A stretch of 64,000 bases of DNA from Felis catus (lineage: Eukaryota). Below the pieces are notes generated by a model. The model was given only the letters and a program-made list of their open reading frames with translations. It ran no database searches and was not told the origin of the DNA. The translations under genes and the position numbers were made by a program. The stretch covers positions 72,542,001 through 72,606,000 of the forward strand of contig NC_058368.1 of the NCBI RefSeq assembly GCF_018350175.1. Reading direction: 5' to 3'. Of this stretch, positions 50,477 through 63,818 are shown in pieces (position 1 is the stretch's first letter; each line of letters starts with the position of its first letter).

Positions 50477-50613
50477 CTATGTTGTCTTACTTTTGTTGAC
50501 TGGTTTGCCTCCATTCATTATTGCCGACGCACTTGTGCTTTTACTTGGCGTCACCCCGGCCTTCGGGACCGTTTCTCCCACGTCGTGCAAAGATGGTTCT
50601 CGGTACATGGCAA
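50477..50613 (-). CDS. FGF14: FGF14 (fibroblast growth factor homologous factor 4) terminal coding exon, 137 nt including TAG
   Basis: Minus-strand acceptor catccccag|TTGCCATG. Encodes (V)AMYREPSLHDVGETVPKAGVTPSKSTSASAIMNGGKPVNKSKTT*, the FGF14 C-terminus. Confidence 0.97.
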
Positions 50614-50897
50614 CTGGGGATGGGCGGCGGGGCGTGAAGAAGGGAGGAAAGGAGACATTAGGGCGGTTAGGTTCAAGAGTGGCCAGGCCTGACACACCGG
50701 AAGTAATGCAAACCCTCGTAGAGGGGACTTCCTGTGTTAAAGCAGTAATTTCCTGCCCCAGAACGGAAGACAGTACTTCCTCCACATTCTCCAGCCTGTG
50801 TAACTAATATGTGGACTTGAGTGAATGTGGGTTTTTGTCTAGGAGAGAGGGTTTAAATAGGAGCAGTGGCCTCTTTGTGGGGCTCAGATATAAAGTA

Positions 50898-50925
50898 TAC
50901 ACACACACACACACACACACACACA
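50898..50925. repeat. (CA)n microsatellite in the last FGF14 intron
   Basis: Seen directly. Confidence 0.93.
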
Positions 50926-52116
50926 AGCACTTAGATAACATATCCGCATATCTCCTTTAGGGCGGGCACAAACCTGGTTCTCTTTGTCCAGTCAGGAAGG
51001 CTCACACTTCCCTTCCACTGCACCCTGATGTCAACACTGAAACCCCTCACTCCCATTCATCTTTTCGAGTCCTGGTATTTACCCTCTAGATCATCACATT
51101 ATTTTCCACTCAAGTAGTTCAAAAGCAACATAATCACACTCGTGTCAACTTCAAAAGCTATCCAAAGCAATAACTCACTTTCCTTACACCAGGGACTGTG
51201 GGAGATCATTCTTTAGATTTCCTCTCCCACCATCATGGAAACAGACCCTTAAAAATCTGAAGGCATGTGTGGGGCATTTTGTATTTTTATGTCTCATTCT
51301 GATATGTTATTAAAAACCTAATAATTGATGTCATATAAGGCAGAAGCACAGAATGGCAAGAGTGCATGTGGGATGGATGCCCGAGTAAGTCCTGAGCAAT
51401 TGCTTGAATAGTGTCCAGTGGCTCAGTCAATCACAGCAGTTCATGTGGGTTTTTGGAAAATAGTTCTAGGGAATCCTGCAGAAGGACATTTCAGGGGGAC
51501 TGATGCTTAGGGGAAATTAGCTGAGTTAAAATCATCTGCCATCAGAAATACTCAGGAATTAGAGCTGTCTAACCTGCTTTTTAGGCTTTGGAAAGGGTCT
51601 GATATTTTATGAAGAGACTCTATGTTTGGTCAGGATGGACCACCATATGCGTTCTCCATGCTCAAGGTGGTACAACCTCTTTTGCATCAATGCAGCATGT
51701 GGATTTTCAGCAGCACACACATTTCAGACCTGCCTGAAATGACTTGGCAAGGTAGTAAAAGGGATTAATCCATATCCTTGAAGCACTGTCCGATTTCTCC
51801 TCTCTCACTACTAATTCAATTAGGAGACAATAGCGGCAGAGCATTAACCTTGATTGTCTATGTGGTGAAGTTGTGTAAGAGATAGGAATGCCCCAGAGCA
51901 TCAATAATTAATCAAGTACCTAATTTGCCATAAACATTTCCAATCATATAATTTACATCCTGTAGGGGTTTTGAAATTAATTCTCCTCTATAACTTACAC
52001 TACGTGATAACCTCTGTCATTATAATTAATACCCCCTTAATTGTTCTTAGAGTACCTCTGTCTGCTAATTAGTTGAAAATACTGTTCCTCTTTGCCTGAA
52101 AAATACATAAATGCAC

Positions 52117-52117
<1 letters not shown>

Positions 52118-52153
<36 letters not shown>
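52118..52153. repeat. (CA)n microsatellite
   Basis: Seen directly. Confidence 0.93.
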
Positions 52154-52155
<2 letters not shown>

Positions 52156-53725
52156 AACTCTTCAGTGTATGATTCAAATACCAAGTGATATTATTACACC
52201 TCATCTCAGTCTCCGATATTTCCTGCTAGATATACAAAAATAGCAGGTCTCCAGATTTTGCTTCAGTTAAGAGACATAAAGTCCCTTTTGATTTTCATTA
52301 CATTTATGTAGCTAAAAGATAAGATTTTAGAAATTTGGTTAATTCTCATCTGTTCATATTCAACACGAAAGTTAATATAAAGAGACAAAGCGAGGTGGCA
52401 AATAAACCAAGATTTTTCTAGAATGGCTACAGACTTAGTTTTTTAATTTTTCACTTGCATTTGAATATTGGTGAGTCTGATGGTCTCAAAATTCATCAAC
52501 AAACATAAAGCCAAATCATAGAGGTGTTACTCTGGAAGAATAGCCAAACTCTCTCATTTCTTATTTCTACTCTAATTGCCTTATGATCTATCATATAATG
52601 AGAATAATTCACTCATATTTCAGATTCTGGCATAATTCTTCCTTTCCTAGATGGGCCATGGTGGCTAACCAGTTAGGTTTCAATGGCTTGTTCTGTAGGC
52701 AAATTGAGTTAAGGGGACAGTAAGCCATTATTGGTGAAATCTTACAGATGGTATTAACCAGTAAGAGTGGTTCTCCAAACTTAGGTGAACTGAAAGCTGA
52801 ATTATGCATTCACAGATAATTAATAATTAACCTTTAATATTCCAAATTATCTCATTCCTATATAAGGAATATGGATTATAAAAAACCAGTGTACATTTTC
52901 TCTTGATGGCTAAACCTTTCTTCTGGGAACAAAAAAACAAAAGGAAAATCAAACTAAGTTAGATGAAAGTGTTTATTTAGTTACTGTAGATCTGCTTTTT
53001 TGTCAAAGGTAAGCAAAAGTATTTGAATAGACAACACTTTTGAAATGCCTCCATGTCAATTTTTTTTTGTAGTTCTCAAAAATTATGTAGATAAGGTAAA
53101 TGGAACTTTTGGCAGAATCCTTAATAAGAAAGGCGCAGATGCTTCTGATTAATTATCAACACTTCGTGGTCTGCTCTCTGTGAATCTGATCAAAGTAAAT
53201 GCCAAGGCTTCATTGTTTTCAAGTGAATATATAAGAAGGTGGTACCAAAGTTTACTAAACAATTTCATAGTTGGAAGGGAGATCTGTGATATCGACACTC
53301 TCTCAAGGCCAAGTGATTAACCCTTCATTTTCTGTAATTACAATAATTCACAAGTATGTGATTACTTTCAGCTAAATACCATCAAAATGGGCAAATACTT
53401 GTATTCCATAATTTTCAAAACTTAACTGTGTATGTATATATGTACATATGTATGCATATATGTTTATAAACCCCATAAATATTTATATCTATGTTTATGA
53501 TCTATGTGTATGTGTATATATATACATCATACACGCACATATGTACAGTAAAGTGTACAAACCTTAGATTCATGGCTAAAGTAGATAGCTGTGTGATTAC
53601 CACCCAGATCCAGGTACAGAAAATCTCCAGCATTCCATGAAGTTCCTTGCGGCCAATGTAGAGTTAGCAATGGGGAAAATAAATGTGTGGTAAACTGAGA
53701 AGGATAATGTACACAGAACACTCAC

Positions 53726-53924
53726 CTTCCAATGGCTTGGGTAGAAAATGAGCTGCTGGTTTGGTTTTCTTTACTCTGTTTCCTTTCATGACTTGCCCTT
53801 CTTTATTCAATCCCAAAAACCAGGCTCTACCAGATTCCTGTTGTCTATACAGCATAGATGAGTAGATGACATAATAGTTTTCAAAAACAGATTCTTTAAA
53901 CTTGCATTCAGGGGTAAACAGTTC
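53726..53924 (-). CDS. FGF14: FGF14 penultimate coding exon, 199 nt, FGF beta-trefoil core
   Basis: Acceptor tctcaacag|GAA and donor GAAG|gtgagt. Encodes [66 protein letters not shown](V), in frame with 50613. Earlier exons lie beyond the right edge. Confidence 0.97.
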
Positions 53925-54554
53925 CTGTTGAGACAAGAGGAAGAAAAGACAGTTAGAGGAAGGAATGGAAGCCTCCCCAACATTTGTCTTTATTCCTCCA
54001 GAAATTTGTGTGCCCGGGATGAATGAGCCAACCCTTGGGCAGAGATGACCAGCCTCACCTCGTCCTCACGTACTATTTGCACACTTTTTAAATATGCAAT
54101 GAATAGAGAAGAATCTGCTACTATTGGGAACATATGCAGAGGCAAGAGTATGGATGTCCTTTTGCGAGAAAATAGGAGACACGCACAAACTCAGAACAGT
54201 CTCAGTGAAACAGTGTACAATTCAGCCAGAGTACAACCAGAAAAAGCACAATACTCACACTATGCTAAACAAAAATAAGATTTATACTTATGGAATTTGT
54301 TCATCTATTTTCACTATTTCCATAGGAATAATTATATGCTCCCCTAGTAGCTGCTAGCCATGCATTAGATCACTGATATGATAGGGTGTTATATTTTACC
54401 TACAAAGAGACCCAAAACTCAAAGGAAAACCATGACAATCAGCTGGCACACAAGCCAGCCACAAGTGTTGAGGATGGGTGTTGTGTCAGCTGCTCATAGA
54501 GATGGGAGCTGGAAATAATGACCTAATTCCATGCTTTGGAGCCCCACTGGATTT

Positions 54555-54775
54555 ATTATTTTAAAAAAAAAATTTTAAATGTTTATTTATTTTTGAGAGA
54601 AAGAGACAGGGCACGAGTCAGGGAGGGGCAGAGAGAGAGGGAGACACAGAATCCGAAGCAGGCTCCAGGCTCTGAGCTGTCAGCACACAGCCCGATGCGG
54701 GGCTCAAACTTGTGAACTGTAAGATCACAACCTGAGCCAAAGTCAGACGCTCAACCAAATGAGCCGACCAGGCGC
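54555..54775 (-). mobile_element. Can-SINE
   Basis: tttatttatttttgagaga...gagacacagaatccgaagcaggctccagg...ccaggcgc. Confidence 0.9.
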
Positions 54776-54975
54776 TGCACACCAGCTAGAATTTTTGAAG
54801 AGAAACATTAAAAGCTGCCCTGACTGCAATCCACCTGGCTTTTCTGGAAAGGGTAAAGTGAATCAAGTGCCCTGAGTCTCACTGCCATGATCTCCACCAA
54901 TGACCAGCCCAAAGCTCCCTACTATATGATTATCATTAATGACATAAATATTCATAGATGACTTTTACACATTTC

Positions 54976-55206
54976 TTTTTTTTTAATTTTTTAAAAAAGT
55001 TTATTTATTTTTGAGAGAGAGAGAGAGAGTGTGTGTGTGTGTGAGCTGAAGAGGGGCAGAGAGAGAGGGAGACACAGAATCCAAAACAGGCTCCAGGCTC
55101 TGAGCTGTCAGCACAGAGCCCAACACAGGGCTTGAACCCAAGGACTCTGAGATCATGACCTGAGCCGAAGTCGGATGTTTAACCAACTGAGCCACCCAGG
55201 GGCCCC
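54976..55206 (-). mobile_element. Can-SINE
   Basis: Ends ttaaccaactgagccacccaggggcccc; imperfect TSD tacaca(t/c)ttct. Confidence 0.9.
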
Positions 55207-55351
55207 ATACACACTTCTAAACTTTAATCAAGAAAGGCATTTCTGACAGACTTCTATTAAAAGTAATTTAAAACTTCAAGCTTCCTAGTTATACACACAG
55301 AAATGACTTAACTAGTCTTTGTGGCTATTTTAAATAGTTCAACACTGTGCT

Positions 55352-55356
<5 letters not shown>

Positions 55357-55388
<32 letters not shown>
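55357..55388. repeat. (TA)n microsatellite
   Basis: Seen directly. Confidence 0.93.
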
Positions 55389-55395
<7 letters not shown>

Positions 55396-56613
55396 ACATG
55401 CAAAATAGAGGTTTCTTGTCATTGACCTTTTAAAAAATATCACTGTACTTTAAAAAATTTTCACCTGAATAGATTTTTATGACTGCAGAAAATAACTTGT
55501 TTCTTTTTTAATACATTGTTTTCTTTATGCATTCTGAAAAACACGTCCTTTAGGGACCAAAAATTAAACCTGTAAGAGTTAAAGTTATGCCAGCTATAAT
55601 AAGGAATGTGACATTACTGCCTGTGGAAAGGTTCTTTCAATATTTCCCACGAGAGTGTGAATTATCAAATGGTGTCCCTTGCAGGATACAATTAATTCAG
55701 AGTGCCCCATAACTTTAATTCGCTGAAAGCTAATAGTTTTCCAAGGGGAACAGGTTTTGTTAATGGCAGACGTTTTTCATGACAAAGATAACAGATCCAA
55801 AAGGTGATTAATTTGACGAGATGAAAGTAGCCAAAAGGTGGGCTTAGCCCCTCCCAAAGGAATTTCGGTAGGTCTTCATTTCTTCTATATGATGCCAGCT
55901 CAGGTTTGAATGAGATCCCACCCAAGTAAATATTCTGGCCTTCTACAATATCTTATTTTTCCAAATATCCTCCCATTAGTTCTCTTGCTAATAAATGACA
56001 GTCTCTGAGTTAATCAGGCCATGCTGTAGAGGGAGGACTGACTAAAGGATGCATGCTCACACATTTGTGGTGGGGAAAAATAAAGTGGAATGCTGTAAAT
56101 CTGGCTTGCCCTCAAAAAACTAATGAATACAACATACTATTTGAATGTGCACCTTCTATGACAAACAAATTAGACTCTGTGTGTCGCTGGCCTTTTATTG
56201 AGACAGGCCAAGGCATCCGGTTTTACCTGTTAAAACCTGTCTCAAAACCAGCTGGGAGGGGGGTGGAGAAGAGCTGACCCAGGAGGCCACTCCCGGGTCA
56301 CAGGAACTGGCACCTGCCATCTGGGATAGCCGGTCTCTCCCCAGAGCCTGGCTCACATTATTGACAGGATTACTGACTGGCCTTTCCCTAGAGACACCGG
56401 GGCCTCCAGTGTTGGAAAAGCAGTTACACAGAGTAGTCAACCCCTATCCCCATCTGATCCCCACTGCTCAGAGGACATTACCAATAGCAAATTAGGAACA
56501 TGTCACATGGTCTCTATCCTAAATTATATATGAAAGAGAATGAAGATCCTAGATGTGGAAGAAATCATTTGTTCTTAGAGTATACTTCAGGACCTCGGAC
56601 ACTAGGTCTTTCT

Positions 56614-56848
56614 CTTTTTTTACTTTAAAAAAATTAATGTATTTATTTATTATTTTTAACATTTATTCATTTTGAGAGAGAGAGAACAAGTGGGGGAGGG
56701 CAGAGAGAGGGAGACAGAGGATCCAAATCAGGCTCTGCTCTGTAATCACAGAGCTCAGTGTGGGACTCGAACCCAGGAACCTTGAGATCATAACCTGAGC
56801 TGAAATCAAGAGTCGGCTGCTTAACCAACTGAGCCACCCGGGTGCCCC
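56614..56848 (-). mobile_element. Can-SINE
   Basis: Ends gagccacccgggtgcccc; TSD gacacta(g/a)gtcttt. Confidence 0.9.
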
Positions 56849-58652
56849 TGACACTAAGTCTTTTTAGATAAAATGTTTGCCTCTGGCGACTCTGAGGAAG
56901 TCATTCCACATCCCCCTTCTGTGAGGTGGGCCAGTGACTTCACAGATATGTGGATAGGAAGGTAGATTAGGGAAATGTGAAGGGTTTTGGACACTTTGAT
57001 AATTACTTAGATTCCTTATGAGCAAGAGGTAGATATGCAGACAGCCCTTCCTGAATAAGCAAGGGAATAATGATTTAGTCTGGTATTTTGCAGACACATA
57101 TCTGTTGTCAGTGTGGAGGATGGTTCTGAGACATTAGTAACACTTATACTCTGATGTGTTGAAGCCCAGTCTCTTGCAAAATGGACTTGAAGATTGTACA
57201 TGCATATATGTGCGTTCACCTTAGTAATCAGTGTTGATATCAATATCAGAGACACACAAAGTAAGAAGAGAAATAGCACTGGAATTGTGACACATTGTTA
57301 AACTGAGTTATGAACTTCCTTGCAGCCCAGACAAACAAAGAAAGGCTCTATGTTCTAAAAATTATTGAAGACAGAAACCCTTTTCTTTTTCTTGGTCCTA
57401 TCTTCTAAAAGGTGTTTCCTTGCAAGGGAAACCTGGCATTGACCAAATGAATAAAACATAACCCATAAACATACCTGCTGTTGATAACAACTATGCAATT
57501 AACATGGCCACAGTGTTGTGTCTGAGTCCCACAACATGCTTTAGGAGGACAGATGGAGTGAATAGTCCCACAGGTGGACATTGTTGCTGATGAGATCCCT
57601 AGGGGACATGTAGCCAGCAGGGGTCACAAACTCGGTGCCTCTACTGACCAGGTAGACACAAGAGTGAAGCTGGCTGTTGGAACCCTGGCACCATTATGAG
57701 GCTAAATGCCCCCCAACTCAGGCTCAGTGTTGAAGAGACAGAGTGGTGGAAAGAATGATAAAAAAGAACAGCTGTTCCTCACACGGTTCTCATGTGAAAA
57801 TAGAAACCTTAGAGCTTTAGTAAGCCCGGTTTTCCAAAGGAAATAAGACATCAGGTTTCTAGATACAATTTCCTTTTAATAGTAGCAACTATTTCTTAAT
57901 TCTTGTTTTTGTTTTTCAGTATCAGATAGACCCAGGGTCAGAGATGGGCCCATGAGCCTGTAGTTTGAGACCTCCAATGTAGAGGAGCAGAAACACTAAA
58001 TGAAGAAGGGAGCCCAGGTGGCTTAGCAGCGCAGCCCTAACCTATCGTATGGTTTTTATACGTTTGAGTAATACAATGATTGTGCCAGTGAACTGCTCTA
58101 AAACCGGCAGTGATAAAATGAGAATGCTTATTTAGATGTAAGCTTAAATAGAAACTCTCCGAAACTGCCAAAATGAAACAGATAAGGAGTTTGATGTGTC
58201 TTTTTCTCATCTTGCCTGCCTATATTTAGAACCACCGATACCAAAACATCAACAACAATGGTTGAGTTCCAGCAGAGGCTTAAATATTAATTTGTATCAT
58301 TGCCAAACTGAATCGTCAACTCATAGAATAGAAAAACAGAACAATCAGACAAAAACTTCCTATCTCCTTTTATGCTGTGGTTGTTCTGAATTGAAAGCAC
58401 CATCTGTGGTGCACTTATTATCTTAACAGTAGGGGCAGAATCCCTCTTCTCAGGGAAATGCCTTTGTTTAGGAAAATACCCCGATAAGCCATTTGCATAT
58501 ACTAAGGGAGGCTTCTGGGTTCTGGATGAAAGAAGAGGGTGGAGGGAAGGGAAGGCCCATGTTCTGTATTTCATAACTAATGAAGAGCTACGAACCCAGA
58601 TAATTAAGGAAAACCATAACCAAAGTGCTGAAAGTGACCGTGAGGCTCTAAG

Positions 58653-58817
58653 TCAGTGGTCCAGCAAGCTGTAGCCCAAAGGACAAATGCAGCTACCATC
58701 TCTTCTTGTAGCCCACATTCCGAAGTTCAGGAGTGAATTGTTGAGACAGATCGTATGGACCGCGAAGCCTACAATGTTTACTGTATGGTGATTTGCCAAA
58801 AAGCTTTACCAACTCTG
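58653..58817. mobile_element. MER58A-like hAT element
   Basis: cagtggtccagcaagctgtagccc...gacagatcgtatggaccgcgaagcctacaatgtttactg...tttaccaactctg. Confidence 0.65.
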
Positions 58818-60639
58818 ATCTAAGGACTTCCCAACCTAGATAAATATGGAGGGGTTGTTCATTAAAATTCAAATTACTAAGGAGCTAAGTATTGCCAAAT
58901 TAAACTTGGATTCTACCTATTTTCACATATACAAGTGTAAACAATTTCAATCAGTTTCATGAGTTTGTCCCTGGAAAAGCCCATACGGTGTGTTGTGAGC
59001 TTGGGTTTCTGGTTAGGAGACGCAAGTAGTTAGCTCACAAATTCCTTCAGTCGCTGCATCAACTAGGAGAAACGCAAATTTGCATTTGGTTAATATCTAC
59101 AAGTTTGCCTACCACCAGCATCACCATCACCTCTGCCGTTTCAAAGGAAAATATATAACAGGCATTCCAGATAAATGTACAGCATCTATTACAAGATAAG
59201 GCAAATCTAAAATAGATTAAAAAGAGAGGGTAGAGAAATGATATTAGATAGACACTAGCAAATAGCACATGATCAATGCACAATAAATAATACCTGTTAA
59301 TATTATGTTAACTTCTATATTTTCAGAGTCATCAAAAAGCACAGTCTTCTCTCATCAATATCTCAGTAATGACCCTGACCCTGAACTTTGGAGTGTTTCT
59401 CCCCAGACTTAAACAGAGAAGGAGGGAGCCAGACTCCAAGTTCTTCCTCGGAGAACAGTAACAAATCATAAAGGTTTCTTGCAAACCTCAAATAAGATAA
59501 TAGAAGTGCAAAATAATTGGTAAAGTGTACATTGAGCTGTAAACTATAGGCATATTTATATTTATATGGGTAATTATATAATATATAGAACTCCAATGTT
59601 CACTGTTACTATGGCCAGGGAAGTAGTGACTTAATTATTCTTCACAGCTTTCAGTACAATAGACATTTCTACATACAGGAATCCCAAAGATCCACGTGAC
59701 CTGAATTCTCAGGGTTTTTTTTCTTCCTTTTCTACTCCTCAGAGATATCACATACTAGAATTTATCCTGAGATCAGTAGAGATCTACCTGTTCTCCTTCA
59801 CCTTCTATGGTTTCAAAATCCATGGTTTGCATTAATGATACTGTTCTGATGCTACTCAGCTCTTTAAAAAGAAATTGTGGGTACCCTGAAGACTACATTT
59901 AAGGAAAGAATATTCTGACCTTTTAGAAGAGTTTACAGTTGTGAATCTGGGGACAAGACAGAACTTGTAGTTAACACTCAAAAACAGACAACTGAGGTGA
60001 CTAATGTAGTTATCTGAAACTCTACATAATCAAATATTCATAATATTAGACCATGACTAATACCCACAGGAAGAAAAAAAAATATTCAATTGTTTGTGCA
60101 TGTACTTCAGAATAAAGCATAATTACATTTGTGTTTAGGAGACAGCTTTTATTTGATTGTAAGACCCAGTGGTTTGAAGTATATTGTTCCCAACAAAGCA
60201 GGCTCTCCAGTACTCATATTTATACATCCAAAAGCTCTTCCTGAAGTAGTTTCTAGAGAAAAAAATTGCAAATGAAGACCCTTTCTTTCTTTCTTTCTTT
60301 CTTTCTGTCTTTCTTCTTTCTTTTGCCAGGAAAGACACTATTTGACATTTAGAGATGTTATTATATAAACACAGATTTATCTTTAGACATATTGATTTAT
60401 GTATTAAATATATTTTTAACTTATTATATTGAATAAATATTTTCTTTTTATGACTTATTGACATATTTGTTTGGAACTGTGGCAAGAATGTAATTTGTTT
60501 ATTATACTAAATAATTGATTTAGTTAATTTATTTATTTATACAACTACGTACTTTTATGTATGTTCACGCATGTTATGTATACACATATATAAAATTTTT
60601 AACTATCCATAGGAGAATATATATATCTGCTTGCTATTC

Positions 60640-60783
60640 AGGGACCAAATAGCAACTTTTTCACCTGGGAACTTGTCAGAGATGCCAAATCCTGGGCTCC
60701 ACTGCAGATCTACCAAGTCAGAATTTGCATTTTAACAAGACTCCAGATGATTTGTATGACTATTAGAGCTTGGTAAATATTGG
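60640..60783. mobile_element. MER5-family hAT element
   Basis: tcacctgggaacttgtcagagatgc...tcagaatttgcattttaacaagactccagatgatttgtatg. Confidence 0.72.
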
Positions 60784-61199
60784 AATATGTTCCTATTACC
60801 ATTAGTAAATTAAATGATCAGAAAATTTTAGGAAATATCAATTAAACTGGTATTATTCATAAGCTTACTACTATTTCTTAACATTAGTATAACATTTATT
60901 GAAGCAAGAAAATGGAAACAAATAAGAAAGTAAAGTTTAAGATTAAATAAAAATATATGCCAACTGGTTCTAGAATGTTAAATCTGTTTTCTCTAGAATA
61001 TAGACATGGATAAATCCCTAAAATAATAATGCTTGTAACATGAACAGATGGTATCAGTGCTATAAATATTAGCAAAAAAATTACAAAATAAATATGCTTA
61101 AGAAACTGCGGATCCAACTGTACACCATCCTCACACATTTTTCAGTGCTCAACAGTGAAATCTTTACCACAATAATGATGATAATAATACTAATGTTAA

Positions 61200-61370
61200 C
61201 AACTTTTACTCTTACTTAAATTATGTATACTCTGCATCAGGCACTGTGTTAAGCACTTTACATAATCAATGATTTTAATCTTCACTATCATTCTACAGGA
61301 TTGGTGCTATTATCTCCATTTTAGAATGGAAGATATTGATCATGGATAGTTTAGTAACTTGCCCAAATAC
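61200..61370 (-). mobile_element. MIR
   Basis: caggcactgtgttaagcactttaca...tttaatcttcac...tattatctccattttaga...agtaacttgcccaa. Confidence 0.72.
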
Positions 61371-61455
61371 ATTTATTTTCATCAAGATAAATACATCTAA
61401 CTATTCCTACTCATTTATCATAGCATTTAGCTGAAAATATCTCTTCTTTTAGGTA

Positions 61456-61847
61456 TGCAATCAATTGCCAAAATGGCCCAAATGCTTCACCCTCCCCTGA
61501 ACAATGCTCTTAGCACGTAATTTGACACGTCCTCCCACCGTGAGTCAAGGTGAAGAAAGTAGAGGTCTGATGACCTCCTGCACAGTCTCTCCTCCTCCTG
61601 CACAGTCATGACAGCATGCCTGGCTAGCCTGCTTGAGGAGAGACATCGGTGGAGTAGAGCCAGCTGTTCCAACCTAGGCTGGCCCATTCCCAGACACACA
61701 GTCAAGTCCTGCCCGAGATCTACAGAGTTGCTTAGCCAAGCTCCACCTGACCCCCACGTGTACAAGCTGTAGGCACTTAACAGTTACGTGCCACATCAGC
61801 TCTTGTGGTTGTACATGGTGTCATAAAGGCAATTGATAACTGATACA
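61456..61847 (+). mobile_element. ERVL-MaLR solo LTR, MLT1G/H-like
   Basis: TG...caaaatggcccaaa start; gcaattgataactgataca end. Confidence 0.7.
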
Positions 61848-62031
61848 GATAATTACTTTATCCTTCAGCTAAAACACAGAAAATATGTATCTTATCTGCT
61901 GATCTTTATATCTATACCTGCATGCAAAAGAAAATATAGATGGAAAACAGTAATGAGTGATACATGCTATTATATTGACAGAGGTGACTCATCTCTCTGT
62001 TATTGTACAGAGGGAAAGAAAGCAAATTCTT

Positions 62032-62259
62032 TTTTTTTTTTTAATTTTTTTTTTCAACGTTTATTTATTTTGGGGACAGAGAGAGACAGAGCATGAACGG
62101 GGGAGGGGCAGAGAGAGAGAGGGAGACACAGAATTGGAAACAGGCTCCAGGCTCTGAGCCATCAGCCCAGAGCCTGACGCGGGGCTCGAACTCACGGACC
62201 GCGAGATCATGACCTGGCTGAAGTCGGACGCTTAACCGACTGCGCCACCCAGGCGCCCC
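62032..62259 (-). mobile_element. Can-SINE, young SINEC_Fc type
   Basis: CpG-intact body. 16-bp TSD aagaaagcaaattctt at 62016-62031 and 62260-62275. Confidence 0.94.
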
Positions 62260-63079
62260 AAGAAAGCAAATTCTTAAGAGAGTGTAAAAAAAAAAAAAGA
62301 AACAAGAAAACATACGGGTACTCAAAATGAATCCCTTCTCCCCTTCGCCCAACCTGTATACAACATTTCTCCCCATTGATCAGTTAAAGAAACATTGAAC
62401 AAAACAGAAATTGGTTTGGCTGCCATCTGTTGCCAACCATCCCCCCAGAAAAACACAGTCCATGGCTGTCATAAATTCCCGAGGAAAGGGCTGGAATCGG
62501 ATGAGGGTGTCATAGTGGATGATGTTGTGAGTAAAAACTGAGCTCTCAGATCAAATGTGTTCTGGTGTTTTATCACACATCAGCTTCCCAACGGTATACT
62601 TCTCCAACATATGTAGGGTCATATGCTAACTGTACTGAACTTTGCTAAAAGAGAAATGTAAAAACGACAGTGCATTATGTGAAGGGAATCACACTGAATA
62701 TATGTAAGCAAATCCAGAAAAAGTGCTGCTACCAGTTTTAAAATCTTTTCTGGACGATCTAAGTGAATGATGTCAACAGATAACATATGCACACAGTGAT
62801 ATGCAAGCTTCTTGGTCTGACAAATACAGGCTTCATCAAAGCAGAGATTCGTGGCGTCTCAATGTCAGATTATCAGCATTGCCTCATCCTCCATTTTAAG
62901 GATTTTACAGATTCAGTTAGTGATTGGTACTTTTGTTACAGCAGAAATATCAAGTGAAGTCGAAGTTGTAGATAAACCAATCATGACAACGTCAGGGAAT
63001 ATTTTAGAACATTTTAGAAATAGGGTCATTTCATTCAAAAGGTAAATGACAGAATATATTACATAGTCTCCATCATAGG

Positions 63080-63366
63080 ACTACTTAAAGTTTGGTTCAG
63101 GGACCTGTGCCCGGCTACAAATTATTTATTCCCTGCCTGCAATGAAACAAGTACAGAAATTGAGCAAAAGCATTTATAAACTTCTGTAGCAATTTAAGAG
63201 TATTTGTTGAATGTAAAATTAAAAATGCTGCCCTTTTATTTGTATTTTTAAAAATAATTTTTTAGTGATTTAAAGTTCTTATATTTTATGGAAATACCTC
63301 TCTGCAAAAGATTAAAAATTAAAAAGATAAATACTGCTGTCTACCACAGATGTCTAGGGAACACTG
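63080..63366. mobile_element. Possible hAT-Charlie remnant
   Basis: Termini resemble Charlie-type ends (cttaaagtttggttcagggacc ... ccacagatgtctagggaacactg); family uncertain. Confidence 0.4.
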
Positions 63367-63818
63367 CTCTATTATAGACTGGGTCAAATGTGAGTGTAAA
63401 TAATTAAAGGAGAACCAAAAACCATCTTAGTAATAATTAACACGTTTTCATTTATCAGTATAAGTTGGTCACAAAGCTAAATGCTTTACATGTATGATCT
63501 CATTTTATTCCTTTTAGCAAACAATGGCATTAAAGTTAAGCATCTGGGTAAGAGTTTGTGCAGAGCAGGGTTTGATCCTCAGCTGTCTGACTCTATGGCC
63601 TGGGCTCTAAATCACTAGTTGTATCATTGGTCAACCCAGTGTAGTTCTAAAAGGGAATCTAAGAGAGGAATGTGACTTGATAACAACTAGGGCGACCACA
63701 AACCCAAGTTAAGAAAGTTCCAGAACAAATGTTCTCCTTCAATTGAATGACCCTCAGGAAAGGACTGGAAAAGATTATTAAGTAAATTTGGATAAAGTAT
63801 TTAAAAATTATCGGCCTT

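Noticed and set aside
60283..60322. (TTTC)n, reading (GAAA)n on the FGF14 strand, as a counterpart of the SCA27B GAA expansion
   Set aside because: Short imperfect tetramer near the gene's 3' end; the disease repeat is a GAA triplet in intron 1, outside this window.
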